From NCBI GenBank assembly GCA_038087875.1, contig CM075990.1, forward strand, positions 15,440,001-15,504,000: a stretch of DNA of 64,000 nt, read 5' to 3'. Below, in pieces: positions 52,291-64,000 of the stretch; position 1 is the first letter of the stretch; each line of letters begins with the position of its first letter. The position numbers and the translations under genes were made by a program. The notes under the pieces were generated by a model. That model worked only from the letters and a program-made list of their open reading frames with translations, ran no database searches and had not been told where the DNA came from. This DNA is from Malacoraja senta. Taxonomy: Eukaryota.

Positions 52291-54334
52291 CTACCAGTGT
52301 GCAGTTAAAATATAGAGTTTCATGGTCCAGGGCAGCAAGGAAAAAATAAATTAAAAATACATCAATCATCAAAAGGTACTTGCAATCATGTCATACATGG
52401 AGCCTCATTTGCTTGAGTTCCACGAAAAGAGGTTTAAATTTATCTGTGATTTTTCTGTTTCCCTACAACATTTTCCACAATTGTGAATTAACCTAGAAAG
52501 GGGTGAATGCTTAAGACATTTGTGTTCATCCTTCAACACAAGTACGTACCAGTCTCTATCACATTTTCTTCAACAAATCATCTTGTACAACACTTCCCAC
52601 CAACATACCCCCATCATCAAATTAAAAACCCTCGAAGGGTCCACTCCCATTTCCAACCTAGAACAGATTTTCTTTGCAAATTCTGGACATTCTTTTGAAT
52701 AATTTAGAATACAATGAAAAAATAATGATACTTTTAAGCTGAATTTTCGTCATGCTTTCAAGCAGTTGGGGTTTCTATTCTTTTTTGTTTTAAAGATAAA
52801 GCTACTCACTTTAATTATTCTTGACCTCTGTGGATACATCACGTTTTTGTTTTAGCTTAAATTATTAATAATGGGTCTAAAAGGTTTGGACGAATGGTTA
52901 AGTAGGTCAGGTATATGTTAACAATGTGACATGACTAATGCCAATGTAATGAAAAATGTGTTGGAACTCCTGCCGAAATGTGACAGCAGCTACTAAGATG
53001 TGTGTCCTTATCAGAAAAAAAAATATCCTTGCGATTCTGGTTCTGTGTCTCGAGCATTGCATATTGTATGCACAGCCAATGTGGACTGTAAAATACAATG
53101 CATTTGGCAAGGATTGTCTTTGTTTTTCCAGCTGACTTGGGGCATTAGCTCTGGAGTGTTCAAACAGCAGCAGTTTAGCTCTGACAAGCTCTTTCTTCAG
53201 CCTCACTACTCATGTCAGTTCATTTATACATCTGGTCTACATCACATCATTAATAGATTGAAATTTGGACTTCGCATTTTCGGCACACCACTATTCTCTG
53301 CGTATTTAAAAATAAAAAATTTTGCATGTGGCTTAATCACATTAATGCTAATTATTTTTTTGCTCCCCAATCTGTAGGATTCATTCATTTTCCCGGATTT
53401 GTCATTATATATTAATGGCATAATGTTAATCTAAACCTGCCTTCCTTTCAGGTAATTAAACTTCCTTTCATGTAGCCTGAGTAATGTTGCTCTTCATTTA
53501 GTTTCCATTGCCATGCTTATGTGAGTAGGTTAAAAGAGAGGGCGGTGAGCGTTAGTGGCATTGTTACATTGGCATGATGGTATGCCCAGAAGCTGGGCAG
53601 ATGGGACATGGGACAAAGGGAATCACTCCATAAGTGACTCTCCAGCTTGTTTGATTAGTCGGCCTCAGGATAGCAATGGAATAGCCTTTTGGTCCGCCAC
53701 ATTGGCAGCTGAGAACATTTGGCATGAGGGAGATCCTTAAGGCAAGGATCTATGTCGGTCAAAAAATGTCAGTGGAAACCAAGTTCTATCAACGTCGCAA
53801 ATTGAAGCAATACATCTTGCTAAAAAATGATAATTCCACTGCTTGCCGCAGTCTTAGAGCCGCATTGCTTTTAAAGAATTGACATTCAATAATGATCAGA
53901 ATTGAGTTTCCATGCACATTGACCTCCATGCAATTCGTATTTAAAAGGTTTATACTCTGTAACAGGCTTTATGGCTATTGAACCAAAGTCTGCCAAATGG
54001 GGACTATAATTAATGGGCAAGTTGCAATAAAAAGTGCACCTGTACGCTTGAAAGCTGTTAAAAATGAGTGTGTTGCTGTTGGAAAGCAGACATTTATGGC
54101 GGGTTGTTTATATTCAATGTCTACAGGGTGAGTAAATGGAGGTTTAACAACACAACTGTACTCCATCTCTGATCTTCAGTGACAAGCTAATAACACAAAG
54201 CATTTGATGACCGGTATGCCCTTCACCAGTATCTGCACACTGGAGGCAAAACACCTCAACATTCAAGCTGAACATTGGTCTCAAATTGTAATCAGTAATT
54301 ACAAGCCGTTGACACAAAGATGATGGAATCATTA

Positions 54335-54478
<144 letters not shown>

Positions 54479-56021
54479 TCAAAGGTGGAGGGTAATGTCT
54501 TAAACAGTCAATCTTTACTGAACACATGTAAATTCAAATTGACTTACAGCTAGTATTTAAGTTTTAAGTTTCCCGAGCTTGTTTGGGGGAAGTGATTTGT
54601 CCCAAATGAAGTAAAGGTGCATTCAAGATCACATTAAAAGAGGAATGGCCTTTCACGTCATTAATCCTGCTTCTTTCCCAGAGCCTTGGTGCTATCATGG
54701 ACTTTACCCGACATACTTAATCTCCTGAGGGAAAGATGTGTGAAATTTCTCCCTGACCCCCCAAGGTAATTGACTGAAACTCCAGAATATCAATCTATCT
54801 TAACAAGGTCTATTATTCAATCCCCACCAGCTGCCTTCTACCAAAGACGTTTCCATGGCGCCAGTGTCACAGGAACCATTGTGTTTCCGAAAGTCGTTGA
54901 TCATCCCTGTCGGTACGTATCATTATAATCTTCAGATATGTAGCTGCTGCTTTTGAAGGGGGTTCATCAGCACAGCCTGGACTGCTTTTGCTAAGACTTT
55001 GTTCCAATATCCACACCACTCTGCAGGGGAAAGAACATTCTAATCTCCAGTCGTGCCTGAGGCTTGTTAATTCTGCTCTCATTTCCTGCAACGTTGTGCT
55101 CAATGTCCAAGTTAAATAATTGGCGCACATCTACATTATCCATGGTTATCAACATTTGAGGGATCTGGATCTACTTCTGAATAAATTCCTCCGATGATAT
55201 TTGGTTTTGAGAAGGTCCTTTCATAACAAGCAACAGTCTTTTCACGTTTGTTTGTTTTTGTCTACTTGGCATCACGCTGTTGAGGATGTATGACAAGGGG
55301 GTTAACAGAATAATTTCACTCAGTGTCTGGATTTATCAATCAATGCAGAGTTATTCTCATTTTCCTTACAGCATTAGCGTAATGCTTTTCAAACACAATT
55401 TGGCACTGAGCTACTCAGAGTAATTTTGCCATGTAGAGAAAAAAATCAATTCAAGGGGTAGACTTTAAAGAGCCTTGTAAAAAGGAGAGGGAGGCAGGAG
55501 GTTTAGAGGGGAGATTCCAGAGCTCAGACCCCAGGCAGCTGAAGACACACCCTCCATTAATACAGGAACTGAAATGGGGGCTGCTCGAGAATTGGGAAGC
55601 AAATATCTTGGAAGATCAGATGACACCACGCGGATGAAGGAGTGAGGCTATAGTGGGATTTGAAAACTAGGATAATAACTTTGATGATTTTTAAATCAGG
55701 CCACTTAACAACAAATCATCCAGTGTGGACCCACTCCCCGCTGCACCAGTGGGAAAGAGGAGCAAATGCAGTGACCAAAACTGGTCACATGTAAAAGATC
55801 ACGAGCAGTAAGAACAAGTGTAGTCCATAAGACAGACACAAAAAGCTGGAGCAACCCAGTGGGTCAGGCAGCATCTCTGGAGAAAAGGATTAGGTGACGT
55901 TTCAGGTGGAGGCCCTTCTTTAGTCCACACCCTTGTTTGAACCCACCCTACCATTCAATAAGATCTTGGTGGATAATCTACCTAGTTCACTTTTGTACAT
56001 TCCACAATTTCTTTGGAGTAA

Positions 56022-56541
56022 AGGGCCTGTCCCACTTAGGCGATTTTTTTAGGCGACTACAGGCGACTAGGCTATCGCCACATGGTCGCCGAGGTGTCGC
56101 CTGTATGGTGGTGAGTCGTCTCCTCAGTCTCTCAAAGAGTCGTAACGTCTTTCTGGTCGCCGCTGGATTTTTAAAATGTTCAAAAAATCTTGGCGCCAGT
56201 CAGCAACAGTGGGCTTGACGCCAATGAGCGTAGCTTGACTTCTCCTGACGTAGGTGCTGTCGTAGGTTGTCGCCAGGTGACGTAGGTTGTCGCCAGTGCT
56301 GACTTTGGTGAATTCCATTGGCGACTACCTACGTCAACCGGCGACAGGAGACGTTAAGTAACGACAGGCATTGTCTTCAGTTATCGCCGACAGGGTCGTG
56401 GATGTAGGTTGACTTTGGTTCATGTAGCTTGTCGTAGACGTTGTCGTAGGGAGGGTCCAGTTGCCGGTTTTCCCATGACCTGCTACGACTGACAGTCGCC
56501 CTCAGTCACCCCCAAAAAATCGCCAAAGTGGGACAGGCCCT
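56022..56541. mobile_element. MITE, GGGCCTGTCCCAC-terminal family, copy 4
   Basis: TAA-AGGGCCTGTCCCACTTAGGCGATTTTTT...AAAAAATCGCCAAAGTGGGACAGGCCCT-TTA; interior built of GTCGCC/GTCGTAG motifs. Confidence 0.87.
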
Positions 56542-57679
56542 TTACAAATTCCATCAATCTCAGAGTTAAATATCCTTACTAACTGAGCATTCAATGTAAA
56601 ACCAAATGTCGAAGACTCACAACCTTCTGCAAATGTCAGGCCTCATTAGACCTGGCAATTGTACCAGGTTAACGGCTGTGGAACCGACTCAAATGAGAGA
56701 GAGGAGTCTCAAAAGCATTTTGGAAGGGTCAAGAAAAAAGAGACACAAACGTAAGGTGATCGGTAAGGGAAGCACAAGCTCAGGATGATGAACATTTTTC
56801 TCGCTGTGGGTGATAGGGTTCTGGACTACAATGCATGAGTGTAGGAGAGGCACAGTCATTGTATATTTCACATATGATAAAGAACAGATAGAAGACAATT
56901 TCAAGGAACTATAGCCCCTCAACGTTTAAAAAACATTTAGACAGTTTCATGGATTGGATAGGTTTAGAGAGATAAGAGCTAAATACAGGCAGGTGGGACA
57001 AGTGTAGATGGGACTTGTCGGTCTGCGAGGGCAAGTTGGGCCAAAGCACCTGTTTTCACGCTGCATGACTCCATGACCCATTAACTTAAAAAACTTAAGA
57101 GTACAAAAGGCCAAAAGGACAAATTCAAGATTGAAACAAGGGAATCTCTGCACATTGGACATCACCTCAGACAGAGGATGTCTAAAGTCATGTACGATGG
57201 TCTCAATCCCCAGGTCCCTCTCCAACAAAGCTGCACCTCTCAAAATTAGTAGTGCCAGTGTTGAGGACAAGTATTGTAAGGCAATTTTACAAGATCATCC
57301 TGAATCACTTGGCCAAAATGTCAACTCATGCCAGAGTGAGATATGGAGCCCAGCAAGTAAGAGCTGAACAGGTTATCACCACCTGGAAGTTGTCCTCTAG
57401 CCACACACCATCTTGACTTGGATCTACATTGGCCTTCCTTCACCCTCGCTGGGTCATTATCCTGGAAACACCCCCCCCCCCCCCCCTCTCCCTAACAGCA
57501 CTGTGGTGACACTCATACCACAAGGACTGCAGTGGTTCAAGAAGGCAGCTCACCACCACCTTCTCAAGGGCAATTAGGGACGAGCAATTAAATGCTGGCT
57601 CAGCCTGTGAAGCCCACATCCCTTGAATGATCATAAAAATAACTAAAGTTGTGACTGCCTTTAGCAGAGTAACTAATCT

Positions 57680-58535
57680 CCCAGCTTACTGAGAGATCGA
57701 GCAACTGTCCATATGGTGCCAGCACAATAACCTGGCCCTCAACACCAGCAAAACCAAGGAACTGATTGTGGACTTTGGAAGGAGTAGGAAGGGGACCCAC
57801 AGTCCCGTTTATATCAATGGGTCGATGGTTGAAAGGGTGAAGAGCTTCAAATTCCTGGGCGTGCACATCTCTGAAGATCTTTCCTGGTCCGAGAACACTA
57901 ATGCAATTATCAAGAAAGCACATCAGCGCCTCTACTTCCTGAGAAGATTACGGAGAGTCGGTTTGTCAAGGAGGACTCTCTCTAACTTCTACAGGTGCAC
58001 AGTAGAGAGCATGCTGACCGGTTGCATCGTGGCTTGGTTCGGCAACTTGAGCGCCCTGGAGAGGAAAAGACTACAAAAAGTTGTAAACACTGCCCAGTCC
58101 ATCATCGACTCTGACCTCCCTTCCATCGAGGGGATCTATCGCAGTCGCTGCCTCAAAAAGGCTGGCAGCATCATCAAGGACCCACACCATCCTGGCCACA
58201 CACTCATCTCCCTGCTACCTTCAGGTAGAAGGTACAGGAGCCTGAAGACTGCAACAACCAGGTTCAGGAATAGCTACTTCCCCACAGCCATCAGGCTATT
58301 AAACCTGGCTCGGACAAAACTCTGATAATTAATACCCCATTATCTGTTATTTGCACTTTATCAGTTTATTTATTCATGTGTGTATATACTTATATATTTA
58401 TATTATGGTATATGGACACACTGATCTGTTTTGTAGTAAATGCCTACTATGTTCTGTTGTGCTGAAGCAAAGCAAGAATTTCATTGTCCTATCAGGGACA
58501 CATGACAATAAACTCACTTGAACTTGAACTTGAAC
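57680..58535 (+). mobile_element. Rex1/Babar-clade LINE, 5'-truncated, with uninterrupted C-terminal ORF (57768-58325), 3' UTR and (CTTGAA)n tail
   Basis: KFLGVHISEDLSW...KKAHQRLYFLRRLRR...IIKDPHHPGHTLISLLPSGRRYRS...RFRNSYFPTAIRLLN; AATAAA followed by a CTTGAA repeat. Confidence 0.92.
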
Positions 58536-59017
58536 TACTATCAGAGCCAATATTCAGGTGTAAAAAGCTTGCGTTACTGAGTACTGTCGTGGACACCAGA
58601 GAAATATAGCAAATCATTTCACTCCATGAGCTAAGGATGAACAACTTCCACCTGCACTGCTCAGCATTGAAGATAGAGTCAGGCGGAGGTTCTTCAAAAC
58701 ACAGATTAACTAAATCAGCCCTCCCCACTCAAACTGAGATGACTGCGATACGTAGGCCTTCTGAGCAGGTAGTAAGATGGGCGCGCGTATTCGAGGGCAT
58801 GCTGTGCCAGGATTAATTGGGGGAACAAGAGGACTCATGGACTTCACTATAAAGATGCCGGCAAGTGAGAGGTGTGGATTTTAATTGATCCTAACAGGAG
58901 AAAAACAGGCGTCTCCAGCAGGACATCCAAGTTCACAAAAGGAACAAACTCAACAGATTGAACAGAAAATTGCCTGAAAGATGCATCTGAACAGAGCACA
59001 CCTACTGCAACCACTGT

Positions 59018-59156
59018 CAAGTTCAAGTGAGTTTATTGCCATGTGTCCCTGATAGGACAATGAAATTCTTGCTTTGCTTCAGCACAACAGAACATAGTAG
59101 GCATTGACTACAAAACAGATCAGTGTGTCCATATACCATTATATAAATATATACAT
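59018..59156 (-). mobile_element. Second, inverted 3' end of the same Rex1-like LINE
   Basis: Near-exact reverse complement of ~58385-58525. Confidence 0.9.
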
Positions 59157-61500
59157 AGATCATTCAAGTCATATCACATGGAAACAGGTCCTTCGGCCCA
59201 ACATCCATGCTGATCAATATGCTCCATCTAAGCTAGTCGCATTTACCTGCATTTGGCCCAGATCCTTCTAAATCTTTAAGAAGGAACTGCAGATGCTGGA
59301 AAATCGAAGGTAGACAAAAATGCTGGAGAAACTCAGCAGGTGCAGCAGCATCTATGGAGCGAAGGAAATAGGCAACGTTTCGGGTCGAAACGTTGCCTAT
59401 TTCCTTCACTCCATAGATGCTGCTGCACCCGCTGAGTTCCCTCTAAATCTTTCCTATCCATGCACCTGTCCAAGGTTAGTTTAGTTTAATTTAGAGATAC
59501 AGCACCTAAACAGGCCCTTTGGCCCACTGAGACCGCACACACCAGCAATCCCCACACATTAACATTATCCTACACACTAGGGCCAGTTTACAATTTTACC
59601 AAAGCCAATTAACCTACAAACCTGCACGTCTTTGGAGTGTGGGAGGAAACCGGAGCACCCGGAGAAAACCCACGCAGGTCATGGGGAGAACCTACAAACT
59701 CCGTACAGACAGCACCCCTAGTCAGAATTGAACCCGAGTCTCTGGCGCAGTAAGGCAGCAACCCCACCTGTTTTTTCAATGTTGTTATAATACCTGCCTC
59801 AACTACCTCCTCCGGCAGCTCGTTCATTATAATGCGCACCACCGTCTGAGTGAAAACTTTGTCCCTTAGGTTCCTATTAATATCTTGCCCTTATGACTAA
59901 GTAGGTTTGGATCAGACTATTTAGTCATATGAGCCATGGTGGGACTAATATTGCCTTTGGCTGCAATAGTCAACCTCATCTGCAGAAGACAGGATGCTTA
60001 CAACATCAAGTGCAGGGTCTGATTATCAGTTGCTTAAAGAAAATAAGACATAGCAGCAGAAATCGGTTACATGGCCTCTTGAAGCTGTTCCATCATTCAG
60101 TAAGATTATGGGTGATCCGACCTTGGCTTCAGCATCAATTTCCTGCCTGTTCCCATAACCCTTGCCCCCCTTTCTCCAAAGGTCTGTCAGGATTGGCCAT
60201 GGATATATCCAACGATTCAGTCTCCACAGATCATTGCAGTAGTGAATTCATAACATTCCCAGCTCTCTCAGAGAAGCAGCTTCTCCTTAAATGGGCAAGC
60301 TTTTATTCTGAAATTACTGTAGAGTCACACAGCACGGAAAACAGGCCCTACGTCCCCAATTTGCCCATGCCGGCCAAGGCGCCTCATCTAGGCTAGTTCC
60401 ACATGCCTGCGTTTAGCCCATATCCCTCTAACCCTTTCCTGTCCATGTATCTGTCCAAATGTCATCTAATTGTTGATATAGTACCTACCTCAACTACCTC
60501 CTCTGACAACTCATTCCATACATCCACCACCCTCAGTCTGTCAAAGTTTCCCCTCAGTTTCCTATTAAATCTGTTCCCTCTCAACTTAACCTTATCTCCT
60601 CTGGTTCATAATTTCCCTAGTTTGGGTAAAAGGCTTTATGCATTCACCATATCTATTTCCCTCATAATTTTATACAGCTCTATAAGATCATACCTCAACC
60701 TCCTGGGCTCCAAGGAATAAAGTGCTGACAAGGAATAAAGTCCGAATTAAATTCCAGTGGATATATACCTTGGCAAAGAGAAACATCCTCTCAGAGTCTA
60801 TCAAGTCAGTGTAGGGACTGCTTAAAGAAAATAAGAAATTGCAGCAGAAATTGGTTACATGGCCTCTTGAAGCTGTCCCATCATTCAGTAAGATTATGGG
60901 TGGAGTACTGGAGTAAGTCAATGTTCTCTTTGTCCTAAGTATCCATGTCCTCCAGAGCTGCTGCTTGATCAGCTGAGTTACTCCAGCACTGTGTTCTACA
61001 ATACATCCAGGTCTTTGTGTGCTCCATTTAAATCTCTGTCCATTTAAACAAAAAATGTTTGCTCAAAATAATAAATTTATTCTCATATTGAGTATAGAAG
61101 GTGAGACGTTATGTTGCAGTCGTCCACGATGTTGGTGAGCCACATTTGGAGCGTAATGATGAATTTTGGTCATCCCGCTCCAGGTAGGAAGTCATTAAAC
61201 TGGAAAGAGTCCAGAGAAAATTTACAAGGATGTTACCAGGGCTCGAGGGCCTGATCTATCAAGAAAACAATGGGATGAGCTTAGATGGGGCATCTTGGTT
61301 GGCACTGCCAAGTTGGGCAGAAGGGCCTACTTCCGTGCTGTATGACATGCTTTTTCTGAGGGCTCAATTGTAGAAAGGTAGAATTCCTTTCTCTCACTTC
61401 AAATAAATAAAGAGGACATCGGTGGTCATTGCTTGACAAGGCGCAGTATTAATAGGAAACAACACACAGTAACTTTCATAAGATCAAAGTAAAAAGGTAC

Positions 61501-61587
61501 CTTTTGACTTCCTTGGCGTCACTTGCAATGAAGAAACCCAATGTGCCTTCATGGATCTTGATGTGGTTCCCAGGATTGATTAATATG
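61501..61587 (-). CDS. KCNMA1: KCNMA1 constitutive exon, 87 nt, (S)[28 protein letters not shown](R), C-terminal part of RCK1
   Basis: Minus strand: ...ttttgtgtttttgctgagtag|CATATTAATCAATCCTGGG...GAAGTCAAAAG|gtacct. The translation matches recalled human Slo1 [29 protein letters not shown]. Phase 2 at both ends. Confidence 0.97.
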
Positions 61588-64000
61588 CTACTCAGCAAAA
61601 ACACAAAACACCACATTTCTGTTAGTTAATGGGGGAGAAAAAAACATTCTCTCGCTGGTGGACAAAACAAAGGGAATAGCATTCCTATTGTGATGGAAAT
61701 CATTCCCATATGAACTTAAGTTTCAATAGCTCTATAGACTCTAACAGATGACCAAATGATTCAATTAATAAGTGAAAGGAGCTTTCTTGTTAGTCCTGCA
61801 ATATTAAGATGCATTGTAACCAAAGCACCAGCTGCTTAAAAAAATATACTGCCTTGATAAATTCTTATTTATCCTAATATGAAAACCTCTCCGTGGCAAA
61901 TTATGGGCCACATGATTTTATGATTTTATCCAGCTTAACAAGCATCTGGATCAACAGTGAACGTGCAGTTTCAAGATAACTTTATAGGTCAACTTTCCTG
62001 AGAAGAGTAGTTATTGTTTTGCCTCTAAGTGTTTTGTTCTTCACCATTGCCTCTTTATTGTTTGCCATTCTTTGTTTCTTGTTTTGTTTAGGCTCTCCAT
62101 AAGACATTTTCCCTGAAATTCGAAAGTTATGTTTTCTAAAGCTTCCTCCCACTTATATCTTTATAAGTGGGATGATTATTGTCTCAGTTTTCCTGGGTTT
62201 TATTCACAGGTATAAAATTTGGATTTTTTTTGTTTAAAGTTAACATTTGGGGGGAGGTTATGATTTGTCATTAAATGGCAGACGTTTGTGGTAGCAGAGT
62301 AAATCACTGCCTTGATAAGGGAAGTGGATCAGCACAAGAGGGAGAGTAATTTGCAAGGCTACAGGGAAATGCAACAGATGGATTTGCTCCACCAGCATTC
62401 AGCACAGACTTGATGGGCTGAATGGCCTGAATCTGTGTCGTAACAATGACTTTTTTATGCTGACAGTCCAATGTGAATGGGTTCTTGCCATTTTAACATC
62501 TCTGTGAGAGTGGGATGGAAGTTAGGGTGGGATTTGACAAACCAAAGAATTATATTTCAAATGCCAACCAATCTCACGTACGTGAAATCTTTATAGCAAT
62601 ACTTTGGCGGAGGTACTATAGAGCAAGATTTATTACCCACTTACAGGTGGAAAATCAAGCTTAAAATGAAGCTACTGTTCACAGATAATTTAACAAGGCT
62701 GCAGCAGCAGTGTTTCGGTAGTTCCAACAGCTCCCTTGTGATTGGCAAACAATGTGTGCTACTTGTAATATCATCAATTAACCATAACTTATCAATGGTT
62801 TAAAGCAACGGTCATAATACTTCAGAAATAATGCACGTCAAGTGAACAACTCCTGCACAGCACAGCTGTATGCTAAATTAGGTAGTTGGCCCAAAGGAAA
62901 GAGGTTGTTGGCACACTTTAGAAACAAGAATCGCAAACTCCACATTTGCATTGGCTGTTGTCAGTAACTTTGGTTCCCGGTTATGCTGCTTAAAACATCC
63001 AGCTCTTTCGCCTACCCACTCACAACCCACTCGCTTTTTAAACAGTTTAGTTTTCATATTTCCTAAGTAATTGCTTTCTGGTTGACTAGAAGCACAAACA
63101 CATGGGAAGGAAGGGTCGCAAATACAGGAAGGACACTCAAGGAGAGACACGTTCACAATTAAAGCACAGCAACACTACAATTGCTTCCAGGAATGAACTA
63201 CACACAGTTGGTGACTTGATTTGTTATCAGTCAGGGGCACCTTCTCAAGCAGGATGAAATGGAATTTAGCAAGGATGCTGGATGAGATTAACAAAACTAT
63301 CTTTCTCCCTAACGGCTCAGTTTCATCGTTTTCACTGTTTGTCATTTAGCTGATATTTTTTCAATTATCTCATCCATTTGCTTTATCTTTATAACATCAT
63401 TGGGACCCTGCACTGTGTCCACTCCTCAATCCATCTCAAATGTTAAGGGCACAAATTAGCCCTTTTACCACAAGGTATTACAGGTGCAGAAATGAACACT
63501 TTTGTTAGTGGACATTTCTAAAACATGGCAAAAAAAATACCCTTTACTAATGGTCAGCAATAAACTCTTTTCTTAATGAATATTACTAACATAGGTCGGA
63601 AATAATCTTTTTCCTCACAATCATTCCTCATTCACTGCAAATGTAAAGCCAGATCAAATACTTCAGAACAGGTTCATAAGATGTGGACCAACCTGTATTT
63701 GAAAAGTTTTAACTCTTATGGAAGATTTTTCTTTCCCTTACTTCCTTTTTGTTTATTTTGTGAGGCCTTTGAAGCTTTTCTATATTTAATATCTCTCTAC
63801 GTTCTTTCATATATTGCTGTTGTGCCATTGAAATCGCTTTGCATTTCATTCAATGCAAAACTATTATTTTTCCTTTACGCAAATCATTTCACATTTTATC
63901 CCATCAACTTACACTCTATGACTTTAGCCCGTCAATTTATTCCTCACCCCTTTTCCAACCCTCACCCCTCCCCATTTCACTTAACTGCTTGGCACACTAT

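Noticed and set aside
61588..64000. Search for the SRKR (C1) insert and the preceding constitutive exon
   Set aside because: No matching sequence seen; presumably beyond the window.

Overview
Vertebrate genomic DNA. The repeat content (HE1-like V-SINEs, CR1, Penelope-like elements) points to a cartilaginous fish, probably a skate or ray (inference). The window lies inside KCNMA1 (BK/Slo1 calcium-activated K+ channel alpha subunit) on the minus strand, which the ORF track misses. Three constitutive exons (87, 77 and 94 nt) cover the end of RCK1, the CKACH heme-binding segment and the RCK1-RCK2 linker. The ~33.6 kb intron of the C2/STREX splice site holds the 9-nt IYF microexon, a 33-nt microexon (PRYGYNGYLST) and a candidate 42-nt in-frame cassette exon I do not recognise. 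I found no STREX exon, although a 200-N gap could hide it. The introns carry a nearly intact Passport-like Tc1 transposon (one nonsense codon), four MITEs with shared termini, and Penelope-like fragments with minimal hammerhead ribozyme cores. They also carry an RTE 5' leader with a predicted pseudoknot, an old Gypsy remnant, Rex1/L1/Vingi-like fragments, an unexplained 130-bp inverted repeat and long simple repeats. All family assignments come from reading the sequence and recalled consensus; no searches were run, and repeat boundaries are approximate.
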